From Alphaproteobacteria bacterium (GTDB taxonomy: Bacteria > Pseudomonadota > Alphaproteobacteria > JAEULC01): a DNA stretch of 64,000 nt. The stretch covers positions 1,671-65,670 of the forward strand of contig JAKLKW010000028.1 of the NCBI GenBank assembly GCA_023150455.1, written 5' to 3'. Position numbers and translations under genes: made by a program. Shown piece after piece: positions 41,500 to 51,288 of this stretch (position 1 is its first letter; each line of letters starts with the position of its first letter). The notes under the pieces are model-generated. The model searched no databases. It saw nothing but the letters and a program-made list of their open reading frames with translations, and was not told where the DNA came from.

Positions 41500-41515
41500 C
41501 CGGTAATATTACCGG
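41500..41515. promoter_or_regulatory. Perfect 16-bp palindrome CCGGTAATATTACCGG upstream of vapB (candidate operator overlapping a -10-like TAATAT)
   Basis: Read directly, 21 nt upstream of the proposed TTG start. Confidence 0.5.
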
Positions 41516-41637
41516 CAACAGGTGCCTGGCACAATCGACTCGTGACTTTGCTGCGTCGCGGCAAAACACGCCTCGTGTCTGCCCAAGCGCTGTAGTATAG
41601 AGCCAGCAAGACGACAACATCTGGTGGATATCCCGGC

Positions 41638-42450
41638 ATGGACCCAGTCACGCTCGCCAAGGCGGCGCTGCTTGGCGTGGTCGAGGGGCTGACCGAGTTC
41701 ATTCCGGTTTCGTCGACGGGGCACCTGATCCTGCTGGTCGACTTGCTGGGGTTCCAGGGGCCGCCCGGCAAGGTGTTCGAGATCGCGATCCAGCTCGGCG
41801 CGATCCTGGCGATCTGCTGGGTGTACCGCCGGCGGCTCGTCGATACCGCCGCCGGGCTGTTCCGCATGGACGAGCCGTCCTGGCAGTTCACCTACAACAT
41901 CGCCGTCGCCTTCGTGCCCGCGCTGGTGCTGGGCGTCCTGTTGCACGGCTTCATCAAGCGGGTGCTGTTCTCGCCCTGGGTCGTGTGCGCGACTCTGATC
42001 CTCGGCGCCTTCGCCATCATCGTCATCGAGCGCATGCGGCCCGCGACGCGCTACGCCGAGGTCGACCAGTTCCGCCCCTGGCTCGCGTTCCGCATCGGCC
42101 TGTGCCAGGCGGTCGCCATGATCCCGGGCGTCAGCCGCTCGGGCGCGACGATCATGGGCGCGCTGCTGCTGGGGGCGAGCCGCAAGGCCGCCACCGAGTT
42201 CTCGTTCTTCCTGGCGATCCCGACCATGCTCGGCGCCACGGTCTACGACCTGTACAAGAACCGCGACCATCTGGCGGGCGACGACGCGCTGGTGATCGCC
42301 GTCGGCTTCATCGCGGCCTTCGTTTCGGGCATGCTGGTGGTGCGGTGGCTGGTCGGCTTCGTGGGGCGGCGCGGATTCGTGCCGTTCGCGCTCTACCGCA
42401 TCGCGCTCGGCCTTGCGATGCTGGCCGTGCTGATTCTGCGCGGCGGGTAG
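41638..42450 (+). CDS. uppP: Undecaprenyl-diphosphate phosphatase
   Basis: GVVEGLTEFIPVSSTGHLIL and PGVSRSGATI are the BacA/UppP signature motifs. Confidence 0.93.
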   Translation: MDPVTLAKAALLGVVEGLTEFIPVSSTGHLILLVDLLGFQGPPGKVFEIAIQLGAILAICWVYRRRLVDTAAGLFRMDEPSWQFTYNIAVAFVPALVLGVLLHGFIKRVLFSPWVVCATLILGAFAIIVIERMRPATRYAEVDQFRPWLAFRIGLCQAVAMIPGVSRSGATIMGALLLGASRKAATEFSFFLAIPTMLGATVYDLYKNRDHLAGDDALVIAVGFIAAFVSGMLVVRWLVGFVGRRGFVPFALYRIALGLAMLAVLILRGG

Positions 42451-42471
42451 GCGGCCGTTGATCCGGCCGCC
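42450..42471. repeat. 22-nt GC hairpin ggcggccgttgatccggccgcc, copy 2
   Basis: Identical to 34210..34231. It begins at the last base of the uppP stop codon. Confidence 0.8.
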
Positions 42472-42528
42472 GTCCAAATGTTTGGCGCGCGGATCGGCGC
42501 GCGCCTAGCCGCCTCCGAGGGGATGGGG

Positions 42529-43719
42529 ATGACCAGGCAGGACATCGCGGCCGCGCCACCGAACCGAGGATCGGGCTTCCGCTTGGTATTCGCCGTGGCC
42601 TTCGTGCTGGCGGCCGTTCTCTATGCCGAATATCGGACCTACGGGCTGCCGGCGCCGAGCGAAGCCTCGGAGCCGGGCGGTCCCCGCGCCGTCCCGGCGA
42701 CGTTCCAGGCGCGGCTGCCGCCCGAGCCCGGCGCGCGTCCGGCCGACGCGTCCGCCGCCGATCCTCCGGCGCCCGACGCGGAGTTCCGCGACGCGCCGGC
42801 CGTCATCGAGCCGGCCGTCATCGACCCGGAGAGGCCCGTGGCGGGCGACGCGTTCGTGCCGCCATCGCCGGTCGATCCGCCGCCCGCCGATCCGATCGGG
42901 GAACGGCAGCTTGCGGCGTTGACGCCCGGAATGCTGCCGTCGGGCCTGCCCGATGCGGCGATCCGGCCGGCGCCGCGGGCCGAGCCCGGGCCGGCCCTGT
43001 GGCGGGTCAACGCCGTGCCGTTCGAGCGCCGGCCGGCGCAGCCCCTGATCGCGGTGATCATCGACGATGCCGGGCTCGACCGCGCGCGCACGGCGCGCGC
43101 CACGCGCCTGCCCGCGCCGCTCACCATCTCGTTCCTGCCCTATGCCGGCGACGTCGCACGGCAGGCGGACGAGGCGCGCCGGCGGGGACATGAATTGATG
43201 CTGCACCTGCCGATGGAGCCGCTCGGGCCGCACGAGAATCCCGGCCCCGATGCGCTGACCACGCGGCAATCGGGGCCCGAGCTGCTGCGCCGCCTGGACC
43301 TGCACCTTGGGCGTTTCGACGGCTATGTCGGCGTGAACAACCACATGGGCAGCCGTTTCACGCAGGAGCGCGAGGCGATGCTGCCGGTGCTCGAGGCCGT
43401 GCGCGCGCGCGGCCTGCTGTTCGTCGATTCGCGCACGGTCGGCGCGACCGTCGCCGGCGCGCTGGCCGACCGGCTCGGCCTTCCCGGCACGGCGCGCGAC
43501 GTGTTCATCGACCACGACGGCAGCGCCGCCGCCGTGCGCGCCCGCCTGGACGACATCGAGCGCATCGCGCGGCGCACCGGCAAGGCGGTTGCGATCGGCC
43601 ATCCGCACGACGTGACGCTCGACGCGCTGGAGCGCTGGCTGCCGGGCCTCGCCGAGCGCGGCTTCGCCCTGGCGCCGGTTTCCGCCGTCGTTCTGCGCCG
43701 GCTCGAGGCGGCGCGATGA
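42529..43719 (+). CDS. Divergent polysaccharide deacetylase family protein (YibQ-like) with a Pro/Ala-rich linker
   Basis: TM segment, P/A-rich region, then LIAVIIDDAGLD...ISFLPY...HELMLHLPMEP...NNHMGS...FVDSRT, typical of the YibQ/DUF610 family. Confidence 0.8.
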   Translation: MTRQDIAAAPPNRGSGFRLVFAVAFVLAAVLYAEYRTYGLPAPSEASEPGGPRAVPATFQARLPPEPGARPADASAADPPAPDAEFRDAPAVIEPAVIDPERPVAGDAFVPPSPVDPPPADPIGERQLAALTPGMLPSGLPDAAIRPAPRAEPGPALWRVNAVPFERRPAQPLIAVIIDDAGLDRARTARATRLPAPLTISFLPYAGDVARQADEARRRGHELMLHLPMEPLGPHENPGPDALTTRQSGPELLRRLDLHLGRFDGYVGVNNHMGSRFTQEREAMLPVLEAVRARGLLFVDSRTVGATVAGALADRLGLPGTARDVFIDHDGSAAAVRARLDDIERIARRTGKAVAIGHPHDVTLDALERWLPGLAERGFALAPVSAVVLRRLEAAR

Positions 43720-44183
43720 CGCGACGCCGGGCGGCGGTCGTCGGGCTCGTTTCCGCGTTGGCGCTCGCCGGCGCGGCGGCGCCCGGTCCGGCTTGGGCGC
43801 AGCAGCGCGGCCGCGACATCGTCTCCGGCATCGCCAAGCTGCCGCTGCCGGAGCGGCCGCAGCGCTCGAAGGACATGGACCAGGAGACGCTGGCTCTGCA
43901 GTTCGTCGAGTCCGTCGGCATGCGCTGCCGGGGGATCGAGATGTATCGCTGGCGCTTCGACGGGGACGAGGCCGAGCGGGCCCAGCGCCTGATCGCGGCC
44001 GGGGAGAAGGGCCTGAAGGACAGGGGCTACGATGTGACCGCGCTGCCGGTCGAGGTCGACGCGGTCACGGCGCTGCAGGCGCGCCATGCCGGCCGCAACC
44101 AGCCCGACGCGAACGTGATCGCGTTGTGGTACGCGAGCGACGAGGGCCTCGACCTGACGCTCTGTCGCGTGCAGGAGAAGTAG
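43716..44183 (+). CDS. Hypothetical secreted protein
   Basis: 155 aa. Signal peptide with AWA cleavage context. ATGA overlap with the upstream gene. Confidence 0.5.
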   Translation: MTRRRAAVVGLVSALALAGAAAPGPAWAQQRGRDIVSGIAKLPLPERPQRSKDMDQETLALQFVESVGMRCRGIEMYRWRFDGDEAERAQRLIAAGEKGLKDRGYDVTALPVEVDAVTALQARHAGRNQPDANVIALWYASDEGLDLTLCRVQEK

Positions 44184-44184
44184 G

Positions 44185-44481
44185 CTAACCGGGCGGCCGA
44201 ACGGTGCGGCTGCCGCGCGTGGTGCGCTCGATCAGCCGGTCCATCTCGTCGATGCGGCGGTTGAACTCGATCTGGCCGTCGCGCTTCTCGTCCGCCTTGG
44301 CCGCGTCCCGCGCCTCACCCAGGCATTCCGCGATCGCCTTCTCGTCGGACAGCTCGGCCAGGGGCAGTGTGTCCAGGCATTCCTTCAACGTCTTGCGTGC
44401 CTTGTTGGCGGGGCTGTCGGCCGTCGCCGCTCCGGCGACGCAGACAAGAAGGGCGGCAAGCGCGATGCGAACAAGGCTCAT
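44185..44481 (-). CDS. Hypothetical small secreted protein
   Basis: Trimmed to ATG 44481. Signal peptide MSLVRIALAALLVCVAGAATA, followed by a charged helical remainder. Confidence 0.45.
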   Translation of the reverse strand: MSLVRIALAALLVCVAGAATADSPANKARKTLKECLDTLPLAELSDEKAIAECLGEARDAAKADEKRDGQIEFNRRIDEMDRLIERTTRGSRTVRPPG

Positions 44482-44673
44482 GGTTTCATCCAAGCAAGGC
44501 AATGGCCGGTCCCGCCGGCGCGACACGTCTTCACCGCGGCGGTAAGCGTTTAGGCCCGAACGCGTTGCCGCTCCATGATTTACGTCAAGAGCGGCGCCCT
44601 GGTCTTGCCGGGACGGCGGCTGCTAGGCTGTTGCCCGGAATCTTCCGATCTCGCCGTCGCTTCAGGAGGATAC

Positions 44674-45684
44674 GTGCGCAAGAGCCGGGCCTTTGCCGAA
44701 GGAACCGTCCACCGCCTCGTCCACGACTCCGGCGTGCTCGCCGACAATCCGCTCGGCGACCCGGCCCGGCGCGAGCTGCATGTCTACACGCCGCCGGGGT
44801 GGAGCAAGGCCGAGCGCCTGCCGCTGCTGGTCGACCTGCCCGGCTTCGGCGGGTCGGGGCCGGGGCACACGAACTGGAAGAACATCGGGGAGAACGTGCC
44901 GGAGCGGCTCGACCGCCTGATCGGCTCGGGCATGATGGCGCCCGTGGTCGCGGCCTTTCCCGACTGCTACACGCGCATCGGCGGCAACCAGTACATCAAC
45001 AGCGCCGGCACCGGGCGCTACGAGGACTACCTGCTCGGCGAGATCGTGCCCTTCGTCGAGGACGCGTTCAATTGCGGCGGCCCGGGCGGGCGCGGGCTGT
45101 TCGGCAAGTCCTCCGGCGGCTATGGCGCGATCTGGCATGCCATGCATCACGGCGGCTTCTGGACCGCGGTGTCGTGCAACTCGGGCGACATGGGCTTCGA
45201 TGCGCTGCATTTGCCCGAGCTCTACGTCGCGCTCGAGGTGCTGGCGAAGCACGGCATGTCGATCCAGCGCTTCTTCGAGCATTTCGACGCCGCCAACAAG
45301 GTGACGGGCGAGGAGCGCCGCTGCCGCATGCTGCTGGCCATGGGGGCGCATTTCGATCCCGAGCCCGCTTCATTCCTCAACATCCGGCTGCCCTGCGATC
45401 CCCGGACGGCCGAGCTGATCCCGGAACGCTGGAACAACTGGCTGCGCCACGACCCGGCGCTGATCGCCGGGCAGTGCGTCGACAGCCTGAAGCGGCTCGA
45501 GGGCCTCTACCTGGACTGCGGCAGCCGCGACCAGTTCCGCATCCATTTCGGCATGCGGCGCCTGAGCCGCGAGCTCAAGCGTCTCGGCGTCGAGCACGTC
45601 TACGAGGAGTACGACGACGACCACACCGACGTCGACTACCGCATGGACCGGTTCCTGCCGTGGCTGGTGGAGCGGCTGCGATAG
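44674..45684 (+). CDS. Esterase-family alpha/beta hydrolase (enterochelin-esterase-like)
   Basis: GTG 44674 follows AGGAGGA. Nucleophile elbow GKSSGG. PLLVDLPGFGGSG, as in putative esterases. Confidence 0.7.
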   Translation: MRKSRAFAEGTVHRLVHDSGVLADNPLGDPARRELHVYTPPGWSKAERLPLLVDLPGFGGSGPGHTNWKNIGENVPERLDRLIGSGMMAPVVAAFPDCYTRIGGNQYINSAGTGRYEDYLLGEIVPFVEDAFNCGGPGGRGLFGKSSGGYGAIWHAMHHGGFWTAVSCNSGDMGFDALHLPELYVALEVLAKHGMSIQRFFEHFDAANKVTGEERRCRMLLAMGAHFDPEPASFLNIRLPCDPRTAELIPERWNNWLRHDPALIAGQCVDSLKRLEGLYLDCGSRDQFRIHFGMRRLSRELKRLGVEHVYEEYDDDHTDVDYRMDRFLPWLVERLR

Positions 45685-45840
45685 GGCGCCAGTAGCGATG
45701 GCGCACGGCTTCGTTGCCGCCGCCGCCCTCGCAAATTCGACGCCGCCGCGTTGTCAGCACCCGGTGCGGCGGCCATCCTTCCCGTCGTGCGACGACAGCG
45801 GTCGCGTGGCGCGCGGAAACGCGGACCGGGGGGCGGACCG

Positions 45841-46009
45841 ATGAACTACGCGACTGCGAAGAACGTCGATGTAAGCGCCATCCCCGTGATCGACATGGCG
45901 CCGTTGATCGACGGCACGCCGGACGCGCGCCGGCGCGCGGCCACGGAGATCGGCTTCTTCTATGTGCGGAACCACAACGTGGCGCCGGCGGTGATCGACC
46001 GCGCGGACG
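45841..46009 (+). pseudogene. N-terminal fragment of a 2OG-Fe(II) oxygenase (DIOX_N-like)
   Basis: MNYATAKNVDVSAIPVIDMAPLIDGTPDARRRAATEIGFFYVRNHNV, after which the frame degenerates. No HxD...H catalytic domain follows. Confidence 0.5.
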
Positions 46010-46477
46010 ATCACCGCCGGCGAGCTGATGGGCTTCGAGATCGACGTGGCCAAGAAGCGGGCAGCGGGCTTCAAGACCGTCGCCGGCTTCAACAAGGCCG
46101 ACGTGACGCTGACCTGCCGGCGCGGGGTCACGTCCCGCGCCTGGATCCAGCAGAACATGCCCAAGGCCACGCTGCGCCAGTTCGACGACGACGCGCAGGC
46201 CTCGCAGGGGGTGCTGAACGGCCGGGCGCACGGCTGGATGGCGAGCGCGCCGCGGCCGCGCTTCCTGTCGCTCGACGATCCCGCGGTCGCCTTCATGCCG
46301 TTCGACCACAACCTGACCAAGGGCGACGAGGCGATCGCCATGCGCAAGGGCGATCCGGACACGCTGAACTGGATCAACAACTGGGTGCTGTTCCACACCT
46401 CGAGCGGCTGGCTGCGGGCCCGTCACGCCGCCTGGTTCTCCAACCGCGACTGGAAGGACCGCGTGGCGAAGAACTGA
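46010..46477 (+). pseudogene. Amino-acid ABC transporter substrate-binding protein fragment (family 3), lacking the N-terminus and part of lobe 1
   Basis: ITAGELMGFEIDVAKK...PKATLRQFDDDAQASQGVLNGRAHGW...EAIAMRKGDPDTLNWINNW...WF. No signal peptide or start in the appropriate place. Confidence 0.55.
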
Positions 46478-46562
46478 GCGCAAGCGCAAGGACGGCGCGC
46501 GGCGCCCGCCTTCGTGCGGGCGCCTGTTCCCGCGCCTGCCGGCGGGCTTCTACGTCGAGACC

Positions 46563-47123
46563 GTGCGCAACATGCCGCCGCTCGTCTTCATGTTCGTCTT
46601 CTACTTCTTCCTGTCGAGCCAGATCGTGCCGCTGCTCGGCATCGAGCGTCTGGCGCAGTCGGACTCTCCGGCGCTGCGGTCGGCGCTCGCCTGGCTGTTC
46701 GGCGACCCGAGGCTCTTTGGCAATTTCCTCAGCGGCTTGTGCTGCCTGGTGCTGTTCGAAGGCGCCTACCTCACCGAGATCGTGCGCGCGGGCATCCAGT
46801 CGATCGACAAGGGCCAATGGAAGGCGGCCGACAGCCTGGGGCTCCGGCGCTGGCAGCGCATGCGCAAGGTGATCCTGCCCCAGGCGCTGCGTCGCATCCT
46901 GCCGCCGCTGGCCGGGCAGTTCATCATGCTGATCAAGGCGTCGTCCATCGTTTCGCTGATCTCGACCCAGGAGCTGACCTTCATCGCCACCGGGGTCGCG
47001 GTGACGAGCGGGCGCGTGTTCGAGGTCTGGATCACCGTCGCCGCGCTGTACTTCGCCGTCAGCGCCGTGCTGTCGCTCGTGTTCCGCCGGCTGGAGCGCG
47101 GCGGGGTCCGGTTCGCGCATTGA
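46563..47123 (+). CDS. Amino-acid ABC transporter permease, apparently N-terminally truncated
   Basis: ...YVETVRNMPPLVFMFVFYF and the EAA-like loop IDKGQWKAADSLGLRRWQRMRKVILPQALRRILPPL. The upstream part of the frame has no start or first TM segments. No ATPase gene follows. Confidence 0.65.
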   Translation: MRNMPPLVFMFVFYFFLSSQIVPLLGIERLAQSDSPALRSALAWLFGDPRLFGNFLSGLCCLVLFEGAYLTEIVRAGIQSIDKGQWKAADSLGLRRWQRMRKVILPQALRRILPPLAGQFIMLIKASSIVSLISTQELTFIATGVAVTSGRVFEVWITVAALYFAVSAVLSLVFRRLERGGVRFAH

Positions 47124-47151
47124 CCGCCGCCACTCGAAACGGGGAGCAACA

Positions 47152-47730
47152 ATGTCCGCCTGGATTCGCATGATCCCGCTGGAGGAGGCGACCGGCTTCC
47201 TCAAGCAGATGTACGAAAAGGTCCGCACGCCGCACGGCACCGTCGACAACGTGATGAAGGTGCACAGCCTGCGTCCGCACACGATGGACGGGCACTGGGT
47301 GCTCTACAAGGCGGCGCTGCACTGCAAGGACAACAGCCTGCCGCTGTGGTTCCTCGAGGCGGTCGGCACCTACACCAGCATGATCAACAAGTGCGACTAC
47401 AGCTTCTCGAACCACTTCCACAACGCCAGGGTGCTGATGCGCGACGACGCAAGGGCCGAGCGCATGAAGGCGGCGTTCGCCGAGGGCAGGCCGGAACGCG
47501 TGTTCCAGGGCAAGGAGCTGGCGCTGCTGCGCTATGCCGGCAAGCTGACGGCACGGCCGCAGGACATGGACGAGGGCGACATCAGGGCGATCCGCGACGC
47601 CGGCGGCACCGACGAGGAGATCCTCGAGGTCAACCAGGTCTGCGCCTATTTCAACTACGCCAACCGCCTGCTCAACGGCCTCGGCGTCACGCTGCAGGGC
47701 GACACGGTGGGCTACTACACGAAGGGCTGA
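47152..47730 (+). CDS. CMD/AhpD-like peroxidase-related enzyme
   Basis: 192 aa. MIPLEEATGFLKQMYEKV...VMKVHSLRP...INKCDYSFSNH... resembles the peroxidase-related CMD-domain family. Confidence 0.75.
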   Translation: MSAWIRMIPLEEATGFLKQMYEKVRTPHGTVDNVMKVHSLRPHTMDGHWVLYKAALHCKDNSLPLWFLEAVGTYTSMINKCDYSFSNHFHNARVLMRDDARAERMKAAFAEGRPERVFQGKELALLRYAGKLTARPQDMDEGDIRAIRDAGGTDEEILEVNQVCAYFNYANRLLNGLGVTLQGDTVGYYTKG

Positions 47731-47804
47731 ACCTCGTCCGCCGTCCAGCGAGGCTGCTGGTCCGAAGCCGCGCGCGTGCCGCTCGCGACGGAAGAAGCCC
47801 CGCC

Positions 47805-49610
47805 CTACAGCACGAAATCCTGGCTGGTGAGCTGGGCCGTCGCGACGCCGTAGATCGTGATGCTGTCATGCGCCGTCAGCTGCACGACGGCGTTGCCGGA
47901 GCCGTCGTCGGCGATCTGTTGCTGCAGCTCGGCGAAGTCGTCGAAGTGATAGGCCCGCAGGTCGATCACGTCGCGGTCGCCGATCGCCTGGCCGAAGTCC
48001 CAGATCGTGTCGTCGCCGGAATGGCGCGTGAAGACGAACGTGTCGTCGCCGGTGCCCGTGCCGAAGCCGAAATGCGACCCGTCGCCGACGAGGCCGTCGT
48101 CGCCGCGTCCGCCGTTGAAGACGTCGTCCCCGTCGGCGCCCCAGATGTCGTCGTTGCCGCGCGACCCGGTGAAGGCGTAGTCCTGCCCGCCCTGGTCGGC
48201 GTAGAAGCCGACGGCGATGGTCGTGTCGTCGAAATCGTTGTGATGGTGCACCAGCTCGTTGGTGAACGAGCCGAGCTGGTAGATGCCGTAGCCGGCATTC
48301 GCGATCGTGTTCCCCTCGGCGACCGGCGCGTCCGCGTCGATGAAGGCGATGCCCGCGTCGGCGGAATTGCCGAAGGAGTCGAGCTCCATGGTGATCCGGT
48401 TGTCGGTGACGACGACGTTGTCGGAGTCGATCACCAGGATGCCGGTCGCGCTGAAGCTGTCGGGGCCGTAGCCGATGCCGCTGATCGTGTTGTCGTCGAT
48501 CTCGCCGGTCGCGCCGCCGCTGACCTGGATGCCGTTCTGCGCGGGCGAGCCCAGCGGCTGCAGCCCGCCGCCGACGATGGTGTTGTCCTCGGCCTCGACC
48601 GTCAGGCCGGCGCCGACGAACACCATGCCGGTCTTCTGGAAGTCGGTGACCGTGCTGTCGCCGACCTCGATGCTCCGGTCCGCGCCGTCGCGGTTGGCCA
48701 CCACGATGCCGTTGCCGCGCTGGATGCCGGACAGGCTGCCGTCGAGATTGTAGGGGTCGCGGATGCCCGTGACGGTGACGTCCTCGACCGCTCCGCCCGC
48801 GTTCAGGAAGTAGATGCCGTTGAAGTCGGCCGCGCCGTAGGTCGTGCTCAGGTGGTTGCCGTTGCCCAGCCCGTCGACGACCAGGTCGCTGATCGAAACC
48901 TGGCCGCCGTTGACGCCGATGATGGCGTTCTTGCTCGGCGTGCCCGAGCCGGCGTCCTGGATATTGGCGGACAGCAGGGCCGGCGCCACGATATGCGTGG
49001 CATCGCCCTGGCCCTGGATGGACAGGACCTTGCCGGTGATCGTCACCTGTTCGACGTAGGTGCCGGCGGCGACCAGCACCACGTCGCCGTCCGCGGCACC
49101 GGCGGCGTCGACGCCGCTCTGCACCGTGGTGAGCTCGCTGGCGCCGCCGCCGACCAGGATGACGTCGTGGTCGTCGAACCGAAGGATCTCGACGCCGCTC
49201 AGCTTGTCGTGGCCGTCCCGGCCGATGACCGCGACCGTGCCGTCCGTCTTGAAGACGATCCGGTAGTCGCACGCGTCGCCGGAGAACAGCGCGACATCGA
49301 TGCCGGCCCCGCCGTCGATCCTGTCGCTTCCCGAGCCGCCGTGCAGCACGTCGTCGCCGGCGCCTCCGTTCAGCGTGTCCGCGCCCCTGTTGCCGAAGAG
49401 GAGGTCGGCGCCGCCGCCGCCATCCAGGGAATCGTCGCCGTTGCCGCCGTGGACGGTGTCGTTGTCGTCCCCGCCGTCGAGGACGTCGTGCCCGTTGCCG
49501 CCGAACAGGATGTCGTCGCCGCCCAGACCTTGAATGGTATCGCTCTTGTGGCCGCCGATCAGCAGGTCGTCGCCGGCGGTGCCGGAAACCGGACTATTCG
49601 AATGCGACAT
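47805..49610 (-). CDS. RTX (hemolysin-type Ca-binding repeat) protein with a central right-handed beta-helix domain
   Basis: GGxGxD nonapeptides occur at both the N-terminus (GGNGHDVLDGGDDNDTVHGGNGDD...) and the C-terminus (GNDDIWGADGDDVFNGGRGDD). The central region reads like parallel beta-helix repeats (NTIVGG..NGIQVSGG..NTISG). 601 aa. Confidence 0.85.
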   Translation of the reverse strand: MSHSNSPVSGTAGDDLLIGGHKSDTIQGLGGDDILFGGNGHDVLDGGDDNDTVHGGNGDDSLDGGGGADLLFGNRGADTLNGGAGDDVLHGGSGSDRIDGGAGIDVALFSGDACDYRIVFKTDGTVAVIGRDGHDKLSGVEILRFDDHDVILVGGGASELTTVQSGVDAAGAADGDVVLVAAGTYVEQVTITGKVLSIQGQGDATHIVAPALLSANIQDAGSGTPSKNAIIGVNGGQVSISDLVVDGLGNGNHLSTTYGAADFNGIYFLNAGGAVEDVTVTGIRDPYNLDGSLSGIQRGNGIVVANRDGADRSIEVGDSTVTDFQKTGMVFVGAGLTVEAEDNTIVGGGLQPLGSPAQNGIQVSGGATGEIDDNTISGIGYGPDSFSATGILVIDSDNVVVTDNRITMELDSFGNSADAGIAFIDADAPVAEGNTIANAGYGIYQLGSFTNELVHHHNDFDDTTIAVGFYADQGGQDYAFTGSRGNDDIWGADGDDVFNGGRGDDGLVGDGSHFGFGTGTGDDTFVFTRHSGDDTIWDFGQAIGDRDVIDLRAYHFDDFAELQQQIADDGSGNAVVQLTAHDSITIYGVATAQLTSQDFVL

Positions 49611-49779
49611 GTGCTCCCCCGGTCAAATGTCGAATGTTAAATAATTGCATCCTTTCGCATGACGCTGCATTGACCCATGTCATTTCGAGCGCGGAGGCGG
49701 GCGCTGACGGGCTTGGCTGGCCAGCACTGCCGAGCGCACATGGGCGTGCCGGCGCGGCGGGCGATCGAGGCGTTTCGTT

Positions 49780-51288
49780 TCACCCGCGCCCGCTCGCGAA
49801 CCTGACCGCCTCCTCCGCGGCCCGGACCAGGGCGCGCGCCTTGTTGACGGTTTCCTGGTACTCGGCCTCGGGATCGCTGTCGGCCACCACGCCGCCGCCG
49901 GCCTGGATGTACATCACGCCGTCCTTCACCACGGCGGTCCGGAGCGCGATGCAGTTGTCCATGGTGCCGTTGGCGGCGAAATAGCCGATGCAGCCGGCGT
50001 AGACGCCGCGTCGCGCCTTCTCCAGCTCGTCGATGATCTCCATCGCGCGCACCTTGGGTGCGCCCGACACCGTGCCGGCAGGGAAGCCGGCGATCAGCGC
50101 GTCCATCGCGTCGTAGTCCGGGTCGATCTCGCCCGTGACGTTCGAGACGATGTGCATCACGTGCGAATAGAGCTCGACCTCGAACTTCTCGGTCACGCGC
50201 ACGGTGCCGATCCTGGCGACGCGGCCGACGTCGTTGCGGGCGAGGTCGAGCAGCATCAGGTGCTCGGCGCGCTCCTTCGGGTCGGACAGCAGGTCCTCGG
50301 ACAGCGCCTTGTCCTCCTCCGGCGTGGCGCCGCGCCTTCGCGTGCCGGCGATCGGCCGGATCGTGACCTGGCCGTCGCGCAGGCGCACCAGCAGCTCCGG
50401 CGACGAGCCGGTGATGGCGAAGTCGCCGAAGTCGAGATGGAACAGGAACGGCGACGGGTTGAGCCTCCGCAGCGCGCGGTAGAGCGCGAAGGGCGGCAGG
50501 CGGAACGGCACGGCGAAGCGCTGCGACGGCACGACCTGGAACACGTCGCCGGCGCGGATGTACTCCTTCGCCCTCTCGACCATCGCGTGGTACTCGGCGC
50601 GCGTCGTGTTGGACGTCGGCTGCGGCAGCTCGGCCACGTCGGCCAGGGGCTCGCGGCGGTGGGGCAGGGAGCGGCCGAAATCCAGCACCACCTCCTTCAG
50701 CCGCTCGCAGGCGCGATCGTAGGCCGCGTGCGGCCCGACCTCGGGATCGGGCCAGACCGGCGTCACGACGGTCACCGTGTCCTCGATCGTGTCGAAGATG
50801 GCGATCACGGTTGGGCGGATGAACATGCCGTCGGGCACGCCGAGCGTGTCCGGGTTCTCGTCCGGCAGGCGTTCCATCAGCCTGACCATGTCGTAGCCCA
50901 TGTAGCCGAACAGGCCCGCGGCCATCGGCGGCAGGTTCGGCGGGATGGCGTCGATGCGCGACTCGGCGATGATCGCGCGCAAGCTGTCGAGCGCGCCCTC
51001 GCCGTGCGGCTCGAAGCCGTTGTCGTCGCCGGCGAGCGCGCGCCGGTTGACCTCGGCGCGGTCGCCGCGGCAGCGCCAGATCAGGTCGGGCCTGAGGCCG
51101 ATCATGGAATAGCGCCCGCGCACGGCGCCGCCTTCGACCGACTCGAGCAGGAAGCTGTTCGGCCGCCCGTCGGCGAGCTTGAGCATGGCGGAGACCGGGG
51201 TCTCGAGGTCGCTGACCAGCCGCGTCCAGACGACCTGCGGCCGCTTGGTGCGATACAACGCGGCGAAGTCGTCGAAGGAAGGATGCAT
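49780..51288 (-). CDS. trpE: Anthranilate synthase component I
   Basis: Trimmed to ATG 51288. LLESVEGG, and a C-terminus with GTRRRG...GAPKVRAMEIIDELE...RGVYAGCIGY. Confidence 0.93.
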   Translation of the reverse strand: MHPSFDDFAALYRTKRPQVVWTRLVSDLETPVSAMLKLADGRPNSFLLESVEGGAVRGRYSMIGLRPDLIWRCRGDRAEVNRRALAGDDNGFEPHGEGALDSLRAIIAESRIDAIPPNLPPMAAGLFGYMGYDMVRLMERLPDENPDTLGVPDGMFIRPTVIAIFDTIEDTVTVVTPVWPDPEVGPHAAYDRACERLKEVVLDFGRSLPHRREPLADVAELPQPTSNTTRAEYHAMVERAKEYIRAGDVFQVVPSQRFAVPFRLPPFALYRALRRLNPSPFLFHLDFGDFAITGSSPELLVRLRDGQVTIRPIAGTRRRGATPEEDKALSEDLLSDPKERAEHLMLLDLARNDVGRVARIGTVRVTEKFEVELYSHVMHIVSNVTGEIDPDYDAMDALIAGFPAGTVSGAPKVRAMEIIDELEKARRGVYAGCIGYFAANGTMDNCIALRTAVVKDGVMYIQAGGGVVADSDPEAEYQETVNKARALVRAAEEAVRFASGRG

